The notes: generated from the sequence alone by a model not told the origin. A stretch of 64,000 nucleotides of DNA from an uncultured Thermoplasmata archaeon (GCA_963768855.1 CAVYJM010000006.1:512001-576000); one strand, 5' to 3'; shown: positions 9,259 through 19,461, counted from the first letter of the stretch. Program-made: numbers and translations.

Positions 9259-12200
9259 TCAAAGGCGCTTCTTCTCTTCCTTGGCTTCCTTCTCCTTCCG
9301 GGGCTTCTCTCTGCCGCCCTCGTCCCTGCCGCCCTTGCTACGGCGGAACCGAGGCTGCCAGTCGCCAGCCTTCACCTTGCGCCGGTAGTACATCGCGAAG
9401 ATGACGACGCCGAACACGGCCAGCACACTGACGACGATCGCGAGGTTCACCCAACCGGGCTGGTTCACGACGATTTCCTGGGCCGCCGTGTTCTCGGACG
9501 TGATCCAAGTGTACGGCTCCTTGCTGTCCGCCACCAGGATCGTGAGGGTCTTGTTGCCTTGCCCGACGACGGTCACCGTGATCTTCATGGTCCCGGTGCT
9601 GCCGGAGGTCAGGTTGGTCAGGGCGTTGCCGTTCTTGTCCGTCAACGACCACGTCGTCGACAGATCGGTCTTCTGCGTTCCGGTGCCCTCCGTTACCTTC
9701 ACGTATAGCTCGTTCGCAGCGCCGTGGTTCGCCTTGTTCGTCACGTTCAACGTGACCGTGATTGTCTGTCCGCTCTCCGGGTTCGTGTTGTCGATTTTCA
9801 CGGAGTCCACGACGATGGCCAGGTCGGGGTGCAGCTTCGGGTCGATCTGCACGCTGATGTTCTGCGAGAGCGTCCCGTTGTTCGGTTTGTTCGACCCGAA
9901 TCCCGTGTCTCTGACGGTGAGGACGACCGCGTAGCTCAGGTTCCATTCGTTCCATCCGAACGTGATGTTCATTCCGTAGAGCGGGCGGGTGGTTCCCTGC
10001 ATCCCGATGACCGGCCCGGGGATCGTCCAGGTGAAGTTGAGGGCCGAGAGCTTGTCGTAGTTGTCCGTCGTCGTGGACGCGTTGAACGTATAGTTCCGCA
10101 GCTCCGTCAGGGTCGAGGTCGGGGAGTACTCGTTCGTCGGGTCCAGGATTGTGAAACCCGGGGCGGGTGCCTGCGTGTCGTTCACAGTCATCGTCATTGT
10201 CGCGTTCGTGACGCCCGGCAAGCCGACCGCATCCGTCACGTTCAGGGTGACGTTGAAATTGCCCGGCTGGTTGAACGTCCAGTTCACGATCCGTCCCGTG
10301 GCGTCGACGACATGGTCGCCGTTGAAGTCCCAGGCGTACCCGGAGTTCGGAATCACGTTCGCCTTGCCCACATACGCCAGATCCGAGGACAGGCCGCCGT
10401 CGAAGCGGATGATCGTGCCCTGGTTCATCTGCAGGCTGCGCCCCACTGCGGACCCGCTGCCCGTCACGTTCGTCTTGAAGTCGGGCGTCGGGGGCGAACC
10501 GTCGGCCCAGATCGTGATCTCCCGATAGCTGACGTTCCCTCCGGAGCCGACCGCGGTGAGGTTCACGATATACGGCCCGGCGAGCGGGAACGAGAAGCTC
10601 GGCTGAATCCCGTACCGCACGTTGTTCGGCGGGTTCGGGATGCTCGAGCCGTTCGCCAGGAAGCGCCACGTGAAGTTGTCCCGCGTGGAGTCGTTCGAGG
10701 GCGGGTTCGAGGTCTCCGCCGCGCTGAAGGAGATGTCGGTGTTGCTCGCGACGAAGGCCTGGTAGTTCTGGTACGTCGAATTGACGACCGAGAACTTGCC
10801 GCTCGGCCCGATGACCTTGGCCCGGGCGATGCCCACGGTCGACTGCTGGAGGACCATCCGGATCGCCTGTCCGGTCGTGCTCGGATCGATCGTGATGTCC
10901 GTGTAGTTGTAGGTCGCGATCGCCGAGGGGTTCGGCAGGATCGTATCCGAGACCATCTCATAGTCCACGGGGAGCTCCACTAGGTATGTCACGTTGTGGT
11001 AGACCGTGGTGTTCGTGTCCGGGTAGACCGTCACGTTGAGGTAGTCGTTGGGTTGCCCGTACCTGATCCACGCGGTCGACTTCAGCTGGTACGTGGCCGA
11101 GCTGTTGATCCAGACGCGCTCGCCGGGCGTGTTGATGCTGTTGCTCACGGAGACCGAGTACGACGCGGCGCTCGAGATGAAGGACTTGCCGTTCAGAAGG
11201 AGGAACGCGTCCGTCGTGACGTACAGGGGGCCGTTGCGCAAGAGCCACGCTTGGAAGGCCGCGACATCGCCGGCGCTCACCGTGCCGGCGCCCGCCCCGG
11301 TCCCCAGCGTGTAGTTGATCTGCTGGCGCAGGTCCCGGAGTCCCGCCGGCTGGAGGCCGGCGAGCATGCTGTCTGGGTTCAGGGTGAGGTTGCGATACAC
11401 GGTGAAGTTGTTCCAGTCCCTCGCCCCGAAGGCGACCGTGATGTGGTCGAGCTCCTGGGGGGAGGCCTGCAGCGTGACGTCCTTCGGGTTCGTCGTGGGG
11501 ATCGTGACCGACTGCTCGTCGGCCGTGTAGCCGTTCGCGTCGACGATCATCTGGTAGGTCCCCGGGGGCGCGCTGAAACTGAACAGGCTCCCGTTCACGA
11601 ACGCCGGGATGAGTTTCGACCCGCTGGACTTCGAGGCCGACGGACTGTAGAGCCAGCCCGTGAGGCCAGTCGAGACGAACTGTCCGTCTGCGTTCAACGC
11701 GTGCCCGACGATGGACACTCCGGCGGTCAGGGTGATCGAGACGGTCGTGGGTCCGGAGACCGTGATCGTCTGCGTGACGTCGTACAGCTCGTATCCGTTC
11801 GCCGAGACGCGGACGTCAAAGGAGCCCGTCCATAGGTTGGCGAGGCTCTGGCCGGTCGTCTTGTTCGTCGTGTTCGTGAAGATCAGCGCGGAGTACGGCG
11901 TGGAGAGACGCGCGGAGTCGTAGACGGAGATACTGGCGCCGCCGATCGGCGTGGCCCCGTTCGAGACCGCGAAAGTCACGACGCCTGTGCTCGCGGGCTG
12001 CGCGTCGAGGCAGACGTTCGCGGTCGCCGTCGTGCTCCCGTCGAAGCGGAAGGGCGAGACCTGCGGTGCGAGGGGCGTGTTGTTGCTGTAGTACCCCGAC
12101 TTCGTGACGGAGATCGTGTAACTCGATGCGGGCGGTGCGAAGGTGTAGACCCCTGCTCCATCCGTCGTCGTGGTGAGGGATGGGAGCATGCCGTTCGCAT

Positions 12201-12378
12201 CATTCAGGGTCACCGTGGCTCCCGCAAGGTAGATGGGCGTCGGTCCGCACTGACTCACCAGGCCGGTGATCTGCGCACTGGAGGCCTGGGCTCTCGCGGG
12301 GAGCAGCGCCATCGCGCTCAGGACGAGCGCTAGGAGCATGAGCACGGCCGCGATTCCTCGGTGACCACGGGGGTTCAT
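9259..12378 (-). CDS. Large secreted, membrane-anchored beta-sandwich protein (carboxypeptidase-regulatory-like, PKD and CARDB-like domains)
   Basis: Signal peptide, Thr/Asn/Ser-rich, PKD motifs (FDGGLSSD...YAWDFNGD; PGNFNVTLNVTD), C-terminal TM helix and basic tail. Confidence 0.85.
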   Translation of the reverse strand: MNPRGHRGIAAVLMLLALVLSAMALLPARAQASSAQITGLVSQCGPTPIYLAGATVTLNDANGMLPSLTTTTDGAGVYTFAPPASSYTISVTKSGYYSNNTPLAPQVSPFRFDGSTTATANVCLDAQPASTGVVTFAVSNGATPIGGASISVYDSARLSTPYSALIFTNTTNKTTGQSLANLWTGSFDVRVSANGYELYDVTQTITVSGPTTVSITLTAGVSIVGHALNADGQFVSTGLTGWLYSPSASKSSGSKLIPAFVNGSLFSFSAPPGTYQMIVDANGYTADEQSVTIPTTNPKDVTLQASPQELDHITVAFGARDWNNFTVYRNLTLNPDSMLAGLQPAGLRDLRQQINYTLGTGAGAGTVSAGDVAAFQAWLLRNGPLYVTTDAFLLLNGKSFISSAASYSVSVSNSINTPGERVWINSSATYQLKSTAWIRYGQPNDYLNVTVYPDTNTTVYHNVTYLVELPVDYEMVSDTILPNPSAIATYNYTDITIDPSTTGQAIRMVLQQSTVGIARAKVIGPSGKFSVVNSTYQNYQAFVASNTDISFSAAETSNPPSNDSTRDNFTWRFLANGSSIPNPPNNVRYGIQPSFSFPLAGPYIVNLTAVGSGGNVSYREITIWADGSPPTPDFKTNVTGSGSAVGRSLQMNQGTIIRFDGGLSSDLAYVGKANVIPNSGYAWDFNGDHVVDATGRIVNWTFNQPGNFNVTLNVTDAVGLPGVTNATMTMTVNDTQAPAPGFTILDPTNEYSPTSTLTELRNYTFNASTTTDNYDKLSALNFTWTIPGPVIGMQGTTRPLYGMNITFGWNEWNLSYAVVLTVRDTGFGSNKPNNGTLSQNISVQIDPKLHPDLAIVVDSVKIDNTNPESGQTITVTLNVTNKANHGAANELYVKVTEGTGTQKTDLSTTWSLTDKNGNALTNLTSGSTGTMKITVTVVGQGNKTLTILVADSKEPYTWITSENTAAQEIVVNQPGWVNLAIVVSVLAVFGVVIFAMYYRRKVKAGDWQPRFRRSKGGRDEGGREKPRKEKEAKEEKKRL

Positions 12379-12618
12379 CCGGTTTCTCTCCTATTCAGCA
12401 CTTCATTCCGCTCCCTCCCGAGCCGTCGGGCGGGCGCGGAGGATGCGGCGAATTGAGTGGGGGTATTTAAGAGTGCTGGAATCACACCGGTTGCTCTCCT
12501 TTTGGTACGGCTTTGGAACTCGCCGGGTTTCCTCCCGTTCCGGCACCACCGCGAGGACTCCGCCTGCGTCGTTCGGATGATCTCGTCTCCAGACGAAAGT
12601 TCCTTGGTCCGCGCCCGC

Positions 12619-13896
12619 ATGCGGCGCGCGTTGGCATCGGACTACGTGCTGGTTGCGGCGACCGTCATCTTCGTGGCCACGTACGTGCTCATCTCGATGC
12701 GCAACCTGGGTCGCTTCCCTCTCGACCGGCCCGCGGTCGCCCTCCTGGGGGGCGCCCTCATGCTGGTCGCGGGGATCCTGACGCCCGCCCAGGCGATCGG
12801 CGCGATCAACCTCGACGTGATCCTGCTCCTTGTCGGCATGATGCTCCTCGTCTCCGGGCTCGATGTCTGTGGATTCTTCGATCTCGTGTCAACGTGGATC
12901 GCGCGACACGCGAAGAGCCAGCTGTCGTTCCTCGCAGGGCTCATGGTCGCCGCGGCGTTCCTGTCCGCCCTCGTGCTGAATGATGCGATCGCGCTCCTCA
13001 TGGCTCCCATCGTCGTGCGTAGCGCCCGGTCGCTCAAGGTGCGCCCGGTGCCCTACCTCGTCGCCCTTGCGCTCGCCGCGAACATCGGGAGCGTGGCCAC
13101 GGAGATCGGGAATCCCCAGAACGCGTACATCGCGATCGCGTCGGGCATCCCCTTCCTCGAGTTCACGGCCACCTTGCTCCCGGTCATGCTCGTCTGCCTC
13201 GGACTTTCGATCGGGATCGTCTGGCTCGCCTTCCGCAAGGATCTCGCCGCGCCCCTCTCCCGCGGGGCCGCACTCCCTCCGATCCGGCTCCAGCGGAACG
13301 GGCTCACGGTCACCCTGGGGATCGGCCTGGGCGTGGTGGCCGGGTTCTTCCTCTCGACGCCGCCGTGGCTTCCCCTCATCGCGATTGCCGGCGGCGCCTT
13401 CGTCCTCTTCTTCCTCCCGTTCGTCTCGACGACGAGCGCGCGCCTCCTGGTCGCCAAGGTGGACTGGACGATCGTCCTCTTCTTCGTCGGCCTCTTCGTC
13501 CTCCTCGAGGGCGTCCAGGTGTCGGGCCTCTCCGCCGGGATCCAGTCGGGGTTCACGATGGCTTTCGGTGGCCAGACCGGCGGCCTCGGATGGCTCACCG
13601 GCCTGTCCGCGCTTCTCTCGAACCTCATCAGCAACGTCCCCGCGGTCCTCCTGCTCGCGCAGGTCGTCCAGGGCGCCGGGGGCTCCCACCTGCTCTGGCT
13701 CGCCCTCGCCTCGAGCTCCACCCTTGCGGGGAACGCGACGATCCTCGGAGCCGCCTGCAACGTGATCGTGGTGCAGATCGCGAACCGCGAGGGCGTCGAG
13801 GTCTCCATGAAGGAATTCGTGAAGGCGGGGCTCCCCGTGACCCTGGCCACCCTCGCCGTCTCCACGCTCCTCCTGGCCCTCTTCGTGCCCGCATGA
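12619..13896 (+). CDS. ArsB/NhaD/SLC13-family anion permease
   Basis: Many TM helices; NIGSVATEIGNPQN, SNLISNVP and LAGNATILGAACN motifs. Start may be 12631. Confidence 0.85.
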   Translation: MRRALASDYVLVAATVIFVATYVLISMRNLGRFPLDRPAVALLGGALMLVAGILTPAQAIGAINLDVILLLVGMMLLVSGLDVCGFFDLVSTWIARHAKSQLSFLAGLMVAAAFLSALVLNDAIALLMAPIVVRSARSLKVRPVPYLVALALAANIGSVATEIGNPQNAYIAIASGIPFLEFTATLLPVMLVCLGLSIGIVWLAFRKDLAAPLSRGAALPPIRLQRNGLTVTLGIGLGVVAGFFLSTPPWLPLIAIAGGAFVLFFLPFVSTTSARLLVAKVDWTIVLFFVGLFVLLEGVQVSGLSAGIQSGFTMAFGGQTGGLGWLTGLSALLSNLISNVPAVLLLAQVVQGAGGSHLLWLALASSSTLAGNATILGAACNVIVVQIANREGVEVSMKEFVKAGLPVTLATLAVSTLLLALFVPA

Positions 13897-13941
13897 GGCT
13901 CCTCCGAGGCTTTATCCCTCATCCCGCCGCTCCGTGTCCGG

Positions 13942-14610
13942 ATGGTCCGAGAGCCCGACTTCCGTCCGGAGCGGACGCGCCTGGTGGACGACCTCTTGCG
14001 CGTGCGGGACATCCGCAGCGCCGCGGTGCGGGACGCGTTCCTCCGGGTGCCCCGGGAGGCGTTCGTGCCGGAGGAGCACCGCCAGGACGCGTACGAGGAC
14101 GTGCCGCTCCCGATCGGGGAGGGTCAGACCATCTCCGCTCCTTCCATGATCGCGATCATGCTGGAGGAAGCCGCTCTCCGAGAAGGGGAGCATGTGCTCG
14201 AGATTGGGACGGGGTCCGGCTACCATGCGGCCCTCCTGGCGTGTCTCGTCGGGGCCGAGAACGTGGTCACGATCGAGCGGATTCCCCGCCTAGCGGCCTG
14301 GGGCGGCTCCAACCTGGCACGCGCGGGGTTCGGCGGCGTGAGCGTGGTCACGGGAGACGGGAGCCTCGGGTATCCCCCGCGCGCCCCCTACGACGCGATC
14401 CTGGCGACGGCCGGGGCGCCCCGGCTGCCCGCCGCATGGACGACCCAGCTCACGGATTGCGGCCGCATCCTGGCTCCGGTGGGCGATTCGAGGTACACGC
14501 AAGACCTCCTCATCGCGCGGCGACGGGCCGACGGAGGCCTGGACATCCGTCGCGGCACCCCGTGCGCGTTCGTTCCACTGATCGGGGAGCAGGCGTGGTC
14601 CGGTGCCTGA
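13942..14610 (+). CDS. pcm: Protein-L-isoaspartate O-methyltransferase
   Basis: VPREAFVP, GQTISAP, VLEIGTGSGYHAA and PYDAILATAGA motifs. Confidence 0.95.
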   Translation: MVREPDFRPERTRLVDDLLRVRDIRSAAVRDAFLRVPREAFVPEEHRQDAYEDVPLPIGEGQTISAPSMIAIMLEEAALREGEHVLEIGTGSGYHAALLACLVGAENVVTIERIPRLAAWGGSNLARAGFGGVSVVTGDGSLGYPPRAPYDAILATAGAPRLPAAWTTQLTDCGRILAPVGDSRYTQDLLIARRRADGGLDIRRGTPCAFVPLIGEQAWSGA

Positions 14611-14611
14611 G

Positions 14612-14971
14612 TCACAGCACCGCAGGCGGGTGGCTCCACGCCTCGTCCGGGAGCGTCTGGTAGAGCTGGTCCTCGGTCGGGGCCGCTTCTCCGCGGGTAA
14701 GACGTTCCAGCACCTTCTCGTCGAGCTGCCAGTAGAAGATGCGCCAGTGGCGGCCGTCCAGGAGCGGCACGGTCTCCCAGTAGCTGTGCAGGATGCCGGC
14801 CTCCTGGAGGGCATAGAGGAGCTTGCGGTCCTGCGGCTCCACGGCGTTATCGATGATCGTGTCCTCGAACCCGAAGTAGTTCATCACGATGCGCGCTTCC
14901 TCGAGCGCCTCATCGGGGGCGCGTGCGAGTCGCTTCTCAATCCCGGCTGCAAGCTTCCTGACGGTGATCAT
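14612..14971 (-). CDS. Conserved Thermoplasmata-type winged-helix-like protein (DUF6015-like)
   Basis: VMNYFGFEDTIIDN...DRKLLY.LQEAGIL...WRIFYW resembles a family recalled from Thermoplasmata. TATA-like TATTAAT at about 15016-15022. Confidence 0.65.
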   Translation of the reverse strand: MITVRKLAAGIEKRLARAPDEALEEARIVMNYFGFEDTIIDNAVEPQDRKLLYALQEAGILHSYWETVPLLDGRHWRIFYWQLDEKVLERLTRGEAAPTEDQLYQTLPDEAWSHPPAVL

Positions 14972-15171
14972 TTCCCCTCGCTCAAGTTCTTCAGTGTCTA
15001 TTGCGGTTCCGTCGATATTAATAGTTGGCCCGGAAGCACGGAGCGTGCCTAACGGTACCGCGCAATCGGGCTCCTCGGCGCCCCTTTCGGTACTACGATT
15101 ATCGATAGCGACTTTCGAGGACTGAGGCTTAAGTAGTCACTCGGGCGTGTTTTCCAGGCGAGGAGACCTGC

Positions 15172-15333
15172 ATGAAGCGCAAGTCCGGAAAAGCGATGGT
15201 GGACTTTGACAAGAAGGTCAGTGTCATCCATTTCAACGTCGGCTCGGGGTACCTGACGTACCTCGAGGAGGAGACGCCCGATGGCGCTCCGCGGCTGAAG
15301 TCCATCACGATCCCGAAGGACGAGACGGACTGA
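15172..15333 (+). CDS. Small hypothetical protein (53 aa), missing from ORF track
   Basis: MKRKSGKAMVDFDKKVSVIHFNVGSGYLTYLEEETPDGAPRLKSITIPKDETD; AGGAGA RBS and TTAAGTA TATA-like box upstream. Confidence 0.65.
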   Translation: MKRKSGKAMVDFDKKVSVIHFNVGSGYLTYLEEETPDGAPRLKSITIPKDETD

Positions 15334-15372
15334 GTGCGAACCTTTTATCGACACGTAGCGGTTCCTCCAGCG

Positions 15373-15729
15373 ATGGCGTTCCCTCCCGAGGATGAGGTCC
15401 CCGTGGAGGAGGCCCCACCCGTCCGCCCCGAGCTCCGGCTCATCGAGGCCTCGGACGCTCGGGAGCGGCGGTGCGCGGATTGCGGCAAGCCGAGCGCGAC
15501 CTGGAAACCCGTCCACCGCAAGGGGGTGGCCGTCATCCTCTGCGCCGAGTGCGCGGCGAGGCCGCAGCCCGAGGAGGGCGGCTGCCCCCAGTGCGGCGCG
15601 CGGCTCGGCCCCCGCGACACCTTCTGCGGCCGTTGCGGCACGCGGATCGAATACGAGTGCCCGCAGTGCGGCGGCGCCCTCGATCTCGAGGACGCCTTCT
15701 GCGGGAAGTGCGGGACGCGGCTGGGCTGA
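15373..15729 (+). CDS. Multi-zinc-ribbon protein
   Basis: Six CxxC pairs; TATA-like CTTTTAT about 25 nt upstream of the ATG at 15373. Confidence 0.75.
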   Translation: MAFPPEDEVPVEEAPPVRPELRLIEASDARERRCADCGKPSATWKPVHRKGVAVILCAECAARPQPEEGGCPQCGARLGPRDTFCGRCGTRIEYECPQCGGALDLEDAFCGKCGTRLG

Positions 15730-15739
15730 AGCGGAGAAG

Positions 15740-15811
15740 TGGACCGGGTGGGATTTGAACCCACGGCTTCCGCCTTGCGAAGGCGGCGATCTTCCGCTGA
15801 TCTACCGGCCC
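15740..15811 (-). tRNA. tRNA-Ala(CGC)
   Basis: GGGCCGG/CCGGTCC acceptor stem with the G3:U70 Ala identity pair, CCGCC-TTCGCAA-GGCGG anticodon arm, GTTCAAATC T-loop; no CCA encoded. Confidence 0.97.
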
Positions 15812-15928
15812 AGCGAGGCGCCACAAAGGGCCGGTCCGCAAATAGGTTTCGCTCCCGTCGGACCTCCAGTGAGACGAGGGGCCAAGGGTCTAATAGCGCC
15901 CTCGCCTAACGCGCCCCCGAAGGCCATT

Positions 15929-17164
15929 ATGGTCCTGCGAATCTACAACACCCGCTCCCGGCGCAAGGAGCCCTTCGAGCCACGCGAGGGCCGTCAGGTT
16001 CGCATGTACGTGTGCGGACCGACGACATACGATTACAGCCACCTCGGCCACGCGAAGTCCTACGTGAGCTTCGACACGGTCCGCCGGTACCTCGAGTCCC
16101 TCAATTACCGCGTCACCCTGGTCCAGAACTTTACGGACATCGAGGAGGTCATCATCCGCCGCGCGGCCCAGGCGGGGAAGCCACCCCTCGACTACGCGCA
16201 GTTCTACATCGACGCGTTCCTCGAGGACATGCGCGCGCTGAACGTCTCCGCCGCGACGCACTACCCCAAGGTCTCCGAACACATCCTCGAGATCCAGACG
16301 CTCATCGCCCTCCTGGTCGACCGGGGCTTCGCATACCCGGTCGACGGCGACGTGTACTTTCGCACGCGCAAGGCGAAGCGATCCTTCGGGATCCTCACCC
16401 ACCAGAGATTCGAGGACGTCGTCGTGGATCCGCTCCCGCCCGGGAGCAAGCGGGAGGACCCGCTCGACTTCGCCCTCTGGAAGGCGTCCAAGGAGGGTGA
16501 GCCCGCGTGGCCCAGCCCCTGGGGTGACGGCCGTCCGGGGTGGCACGTCGAGTGCAACGCGATGGCGTTCAAGTATCTTGGAGCGCCGCTCGACATCCAC
16601 GGGGGAGGCTCGGACCTCAAGTTCCCGCACCACGAGAGCGAAGCGATGATCTGCGAGGGCGCCTGGGGCGTCGAGTGGACGCGGACCTGGATGCACAACG
16701 GCTTCCTGACGCTCGAGCAGGACAAGATGTCCAAGAGCCTCGGCAACTTCGTCACGATCCGCTCGGTCCTCGCCGAGTATCCTGGCGAGGTCGTGCGGCT
16801 CTGCCTGCTGAAGGCCCACTACCGTGAGGACGTCGAGTACGACAAAGACTGCTTCCACCGCACCCACGAGGAGTATGATGCGATGCGCGCCGCGATCCGC
16901 GTCGCCTCGGCCGCGCACGGCGCCGGGACGGATGGAGAGGTCGCGGCGCTCCTGGAGACGACACGGGTCGGCTTCCTCGCTGCGATGGACGACGACTTCA
17001 ACACACCCGATGCGGTCTATCGCCTCATGCAGATGACCGAGGCCCTCGCGCAGCTCGATGCAGTCTCTGTCGACGAGGGCCGGAGGATCGTCGCGCTCTA
17101 CCGGGAACTCGGTCACATCTTGGGCCTGTTCTCCGACCTGCGCCCGGATCCGCGCTCGGCGTGA
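15929..17164 (+). CDS. cysS: Cysteine--tRNA ligase
   Basis: YVCGPT, HLGHA, GRPGWHVEC, FPHHESE and KMSKSLGN motifs. Confidence 0.96.
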   Translation: MVLRIYNTRSRRKEPFEPREGRQVRMYVCGPTTYDYSHLGHAKSYVSFDTVRRYLESLNYRVTLVQNFTDIEEVIIRRAAQAGKPPLDYAQFYIDAFLEDMRALNVSAATHYPKVSEHILEIQTLIALLVDRGFAYPVDGDVYFRTRKAKRSFGILTHQRFEDVVVDPLPPGSKREDPLDFALWKASKEGEPAWPSPWGDGRPGWHVECNAMAFKYLGAPLDIHGGGSDLKFPHHESEAMICEGAWGVEWTRTWMHNGFLTLEQDKMSKSLGNFVTIRSVLAEYPGEVVRLCLLKAHYREDVEYDKDCFHRTHEEYDAMRAAIRVASAAHGAGTDGEVAALLETTRVGFLAAMDDDFNTPDAVYRLMQMTEALAQLDAVSVDEGRRIVALYRELGHILGLFSDLRPDPRSA

Positions 17165-17252
17165 GCCCGGCTCCTTCTCCCGAGGCAGAGGCCGACCCCA
17201 AAACCCTTTTATGAATGGCCCGCATCAGCGCGTACCCCGCGGGAGATCCCTC

Positions 17253-17642
17253 ATGGCTGAGTTCAAGGCGATCATCGCCGACACGAAGAGCGGCAAGACG
17301 TACAAGCACGACATCACGGGCCACTACGCGAACGCGCTCGTGGGGAAGAAGATCGGCGACGAGGTCGATGGCCTGTATGTCGGCCTGCCGGGATACAAGC
17401 TCCAGGTAACGGGCGGGAGCGACAAGGACGGATTCCCCATGCGTTCGGACCTGCCGGGCCCGCGGCGCAAGCGCCTCCTCGTGAGCGGGGGCGTGGGCTT
17501 CCACCCCCCGAGGCCGGGCATGCGCAAGAAGAAGACCGTGCGCGGGAACACGATCTCCCCGGACATCCTTCAGCTCAACCTGAAGATCGTCCTGCGCGGC
17601 CCCAAGTCGATCGAGGACGCGTGGAAGGAGCAGGCGCGATGA
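17253..17642 (+). CDS. rps6e: 30S ribosomal protein S6e
   Basis: IGDEVDG...[17 protein letters not shown]...KTVRGN. Confidence 0.96.
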   Translation: MAEFKAIIADTKSGKTYKHDITGHYANALVGKKIGDEVDGLYVGLPGYKLQVTGGSDKDGFPMRSDLPGPRRKRLLVSGGVGFHPPRPGMRKKKTVRGNTISPDILQLNLKIVLRGPKSIEDAWKEQAR

Positions 17643-18871
17643 AAGTCCCGGGCCAGCCGGAGGTCAACATCGGCGTCGTCGGTCATGTGGACCATGGCAA
17701 GTCGACCCTGACGGAACGGCTGACCGGGGAACGCACCGACCGACATTCCGAGGAGATCAAGCGCGGCATCTCGATCCGCCTCGGCTATGCCGACATGGCG
17801 ATCTACAAGTGTCCCCAGTGCGAGGAGCCCGTGTGCTATTCGACCACGGAGGCGTGCAAGATTCACAACGTCAAAGGACAGCTCCTCCGCATCGTCTCCT
17901 TCGTGGACTCGCCGGGCCACGAGACGCTCATGGCGACGATGCTGAGCGGCGCGGCGCTCATGGACGGCGCGCTCCTCGTGATCGCCGCGAACGAGAAGTG
18001 CCCCCAGCCCCAGACGAAGGAGCACCTCATGGCCCTGGGGATCATCGGCGTGGACAAGATCATCATCGTCCAGAACAAGATCGACATCGTCGACCCGAAG
18101 CAGGCGGAGGAGAACTACCGCCAGATCGAGGCGTTCGTCAAGGGGACCGTGGCGGAGAAGGCGCCGATCCTTCCCGTGAGCGCCCACCACGAGGTCAACC
18201 TGGACGTCCTCCTCATGCTCCTCTACCAGACGATTCCGCCGCGGCCTCACGACGAGATGAAGCCTCCGAAGATGTACGTCGCCCGGTCGTTCGACATCAA
18301 CCAGCCGGGCATCCTGCCGGAGAAGATCGTGGGCGGCGTCCTCGGTGGCAGCCTCATGCAGGGCCGCCTCCGAGTGGGGGACGAGATCGAAATCTCCCCC
18401 GGGCGGCAGGTGACGCTCGGCAACAAGACCGAGTGGAAGAACATCACGACCGAGGTGCGGAGCCTCCACTCGGGCGGCGCCCCGCGCAAGGAGGCCCGCC
18501 CGGGCGGCCTCATCGCGATTGGCACGAACCTGGATCCCGTCTTGACGAAGGCGGACGGCCTCGTCGGGCGGGTCGTCGGGAAGCCCGGCACCCTCCCTGA
18601 GATCGTGGCCAAGATGTCCGTCGAGGTGCACCTCCTGGAGCGCGTGGTCGGGACGGAGGAAGAGTTGAGCGTGGAGGGCATCAAGACCTCCGAGCCGCTG
18701 ATGATCTCCGTGGGCACGGCGACCACCGTGGGCGTCGTGACGTCCGCGCGGGAGAGCTTCGCGGACATGACCCTGAAGATCCCTGTCGTTGCTGATCCGG
18801 GCCAGCGGGTCGCGGTCTCCCGCCGGATCGGGGGCAAGTGGCGGCTCATCGGCTACGGCGTGATTCGCTGA
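17639..18871 (+). CDS. eif2g: Translation initiation factor aIF2 subunit gamma
   Basis: [34 protein letters not shown] and WRLIGYG motifs. Confidence 0.97.
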   Translation: MKVPGQPEVNIGVVGHVDHGKSTLTERLTGERTDRHSEEIKRGISIRLGYADMAIYKCPQCEEPVCYSTTEACKIHNVKGQLLRIVSFVDSPGHETLMATMLSGAALMDGALLVIAANEKCPQPQTKEHLMALGIIGVDKIIIVQNKIDIVDPKQAEENYRQIEAFVKGTVAEKAPILPVSAHHEVNLDVLLMLLYQTIPPRPHDEMKPPKMYVARSFDINQPGILPEKIVGGVLGGSLMQGRLRVGDEIEISPGRQVTLGNKTEWKNITTEVRSLHSGGAPRKEARPGGLIAIGTNLDPVLTKADGLVGRVVGKPGTLPEIVAKMSVEVHLLERVVGTEEELSVEGIKTSEPLMISVGTATTVGVVTSARESFADMTLKIPVVADPGQRVAVSRRIGGKWRLIGYGVIR

Positions 18872-18937
18872 TATCGGATTCGAATACCACCCGTGATAGG
18901 CGGGGCGGCTCCCTTAAGAGCGCCCACGCGCACGCAG

Positions 18938-19234
18938 ATGCAGAAGGCGGGTAGAGATAGGTCGGCTCTCCGTGGCAGACGCATCGTCGTCCTGCTCTGG
19001 AATCAGACCTTGGAGGCCGCGCTCGACAGGAATACCCGGAAGGGATTGCCTGCCCGCCTTCCGAACCCTAACCTGCTGGAAACCACGCCCCGCGACGAAG
19101 AGTCATCTCCGGGTCCTTTGCTGACATTGTGGCGCGCTTACCGTCCCGCCGTTCTTCGTTTCGAGCTTAGGTCCTTATCCCGGCACACGAATGCGGGAGG
19201 GGCGATGTCGTGGCCCGTATCTCGGAGAACATGA
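18938..19234 (+). CDS. Possible hypothetical protein (98 aa)
   Basis: CTTAAG TATA-like box about 20 nt upstream; stop overlaps the next ATG. No recognisable motif. Confidence 0.3.
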   Translation: MQKAGRDRSALRGRRIVVLLWNQTLEAALDRNTRKGLPARLPNPNLLETTPRDEESSPGPLLTLWRAYRPAVLRFELRSLSRHTNAGGAMSWPVSRRT

Positions 19235-19314
19235 AGTACGTCACTCTTTTCCTCGTGCTGAGCGTCGTCGCGTCGCTCCTCCTGTTCATCCCCGGCTGGC
19301 TCTTCCCTCCCTGA
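19231..19314 (+). CDS. Small single-pass membrane peptide (27 aa)
   Basis: MKYVTLFLVLSVVASLLLFIPGWLFPP; GGAGA RBS; ATGA overlap with the preceding ORF. Confidence 0.5.
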   Translation: MKYVTLFLVLSVVASLLLFIPGWLFPP

Positions 19315-19461
19315 GGGACGAGCGACCCGTCCCAGCACCGCCCTTATGGCTGCTCGCGGCCGACGGGGCAGGGCACCGTCGCCTCGTTCGCCGTGCCGCT
19401 CGTTGGCCCCGTCCCCGGGCCCTCCCCCGGCCGTCAGGTCTCAGGTGTCGCGTCTTTTCCA

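Noticed and set aside
15049-15516. 155-aa minus-strand ORF
   Set aside because: Antisense to the better-supported 53-aa and zinc-ribbon genes.
19017-19042. SRP RNA helix 8
   Set aside because: Has CCC-GGAA-GGG but lacks the CAGG/AGCA internal loop geometry and the other SRP helices.
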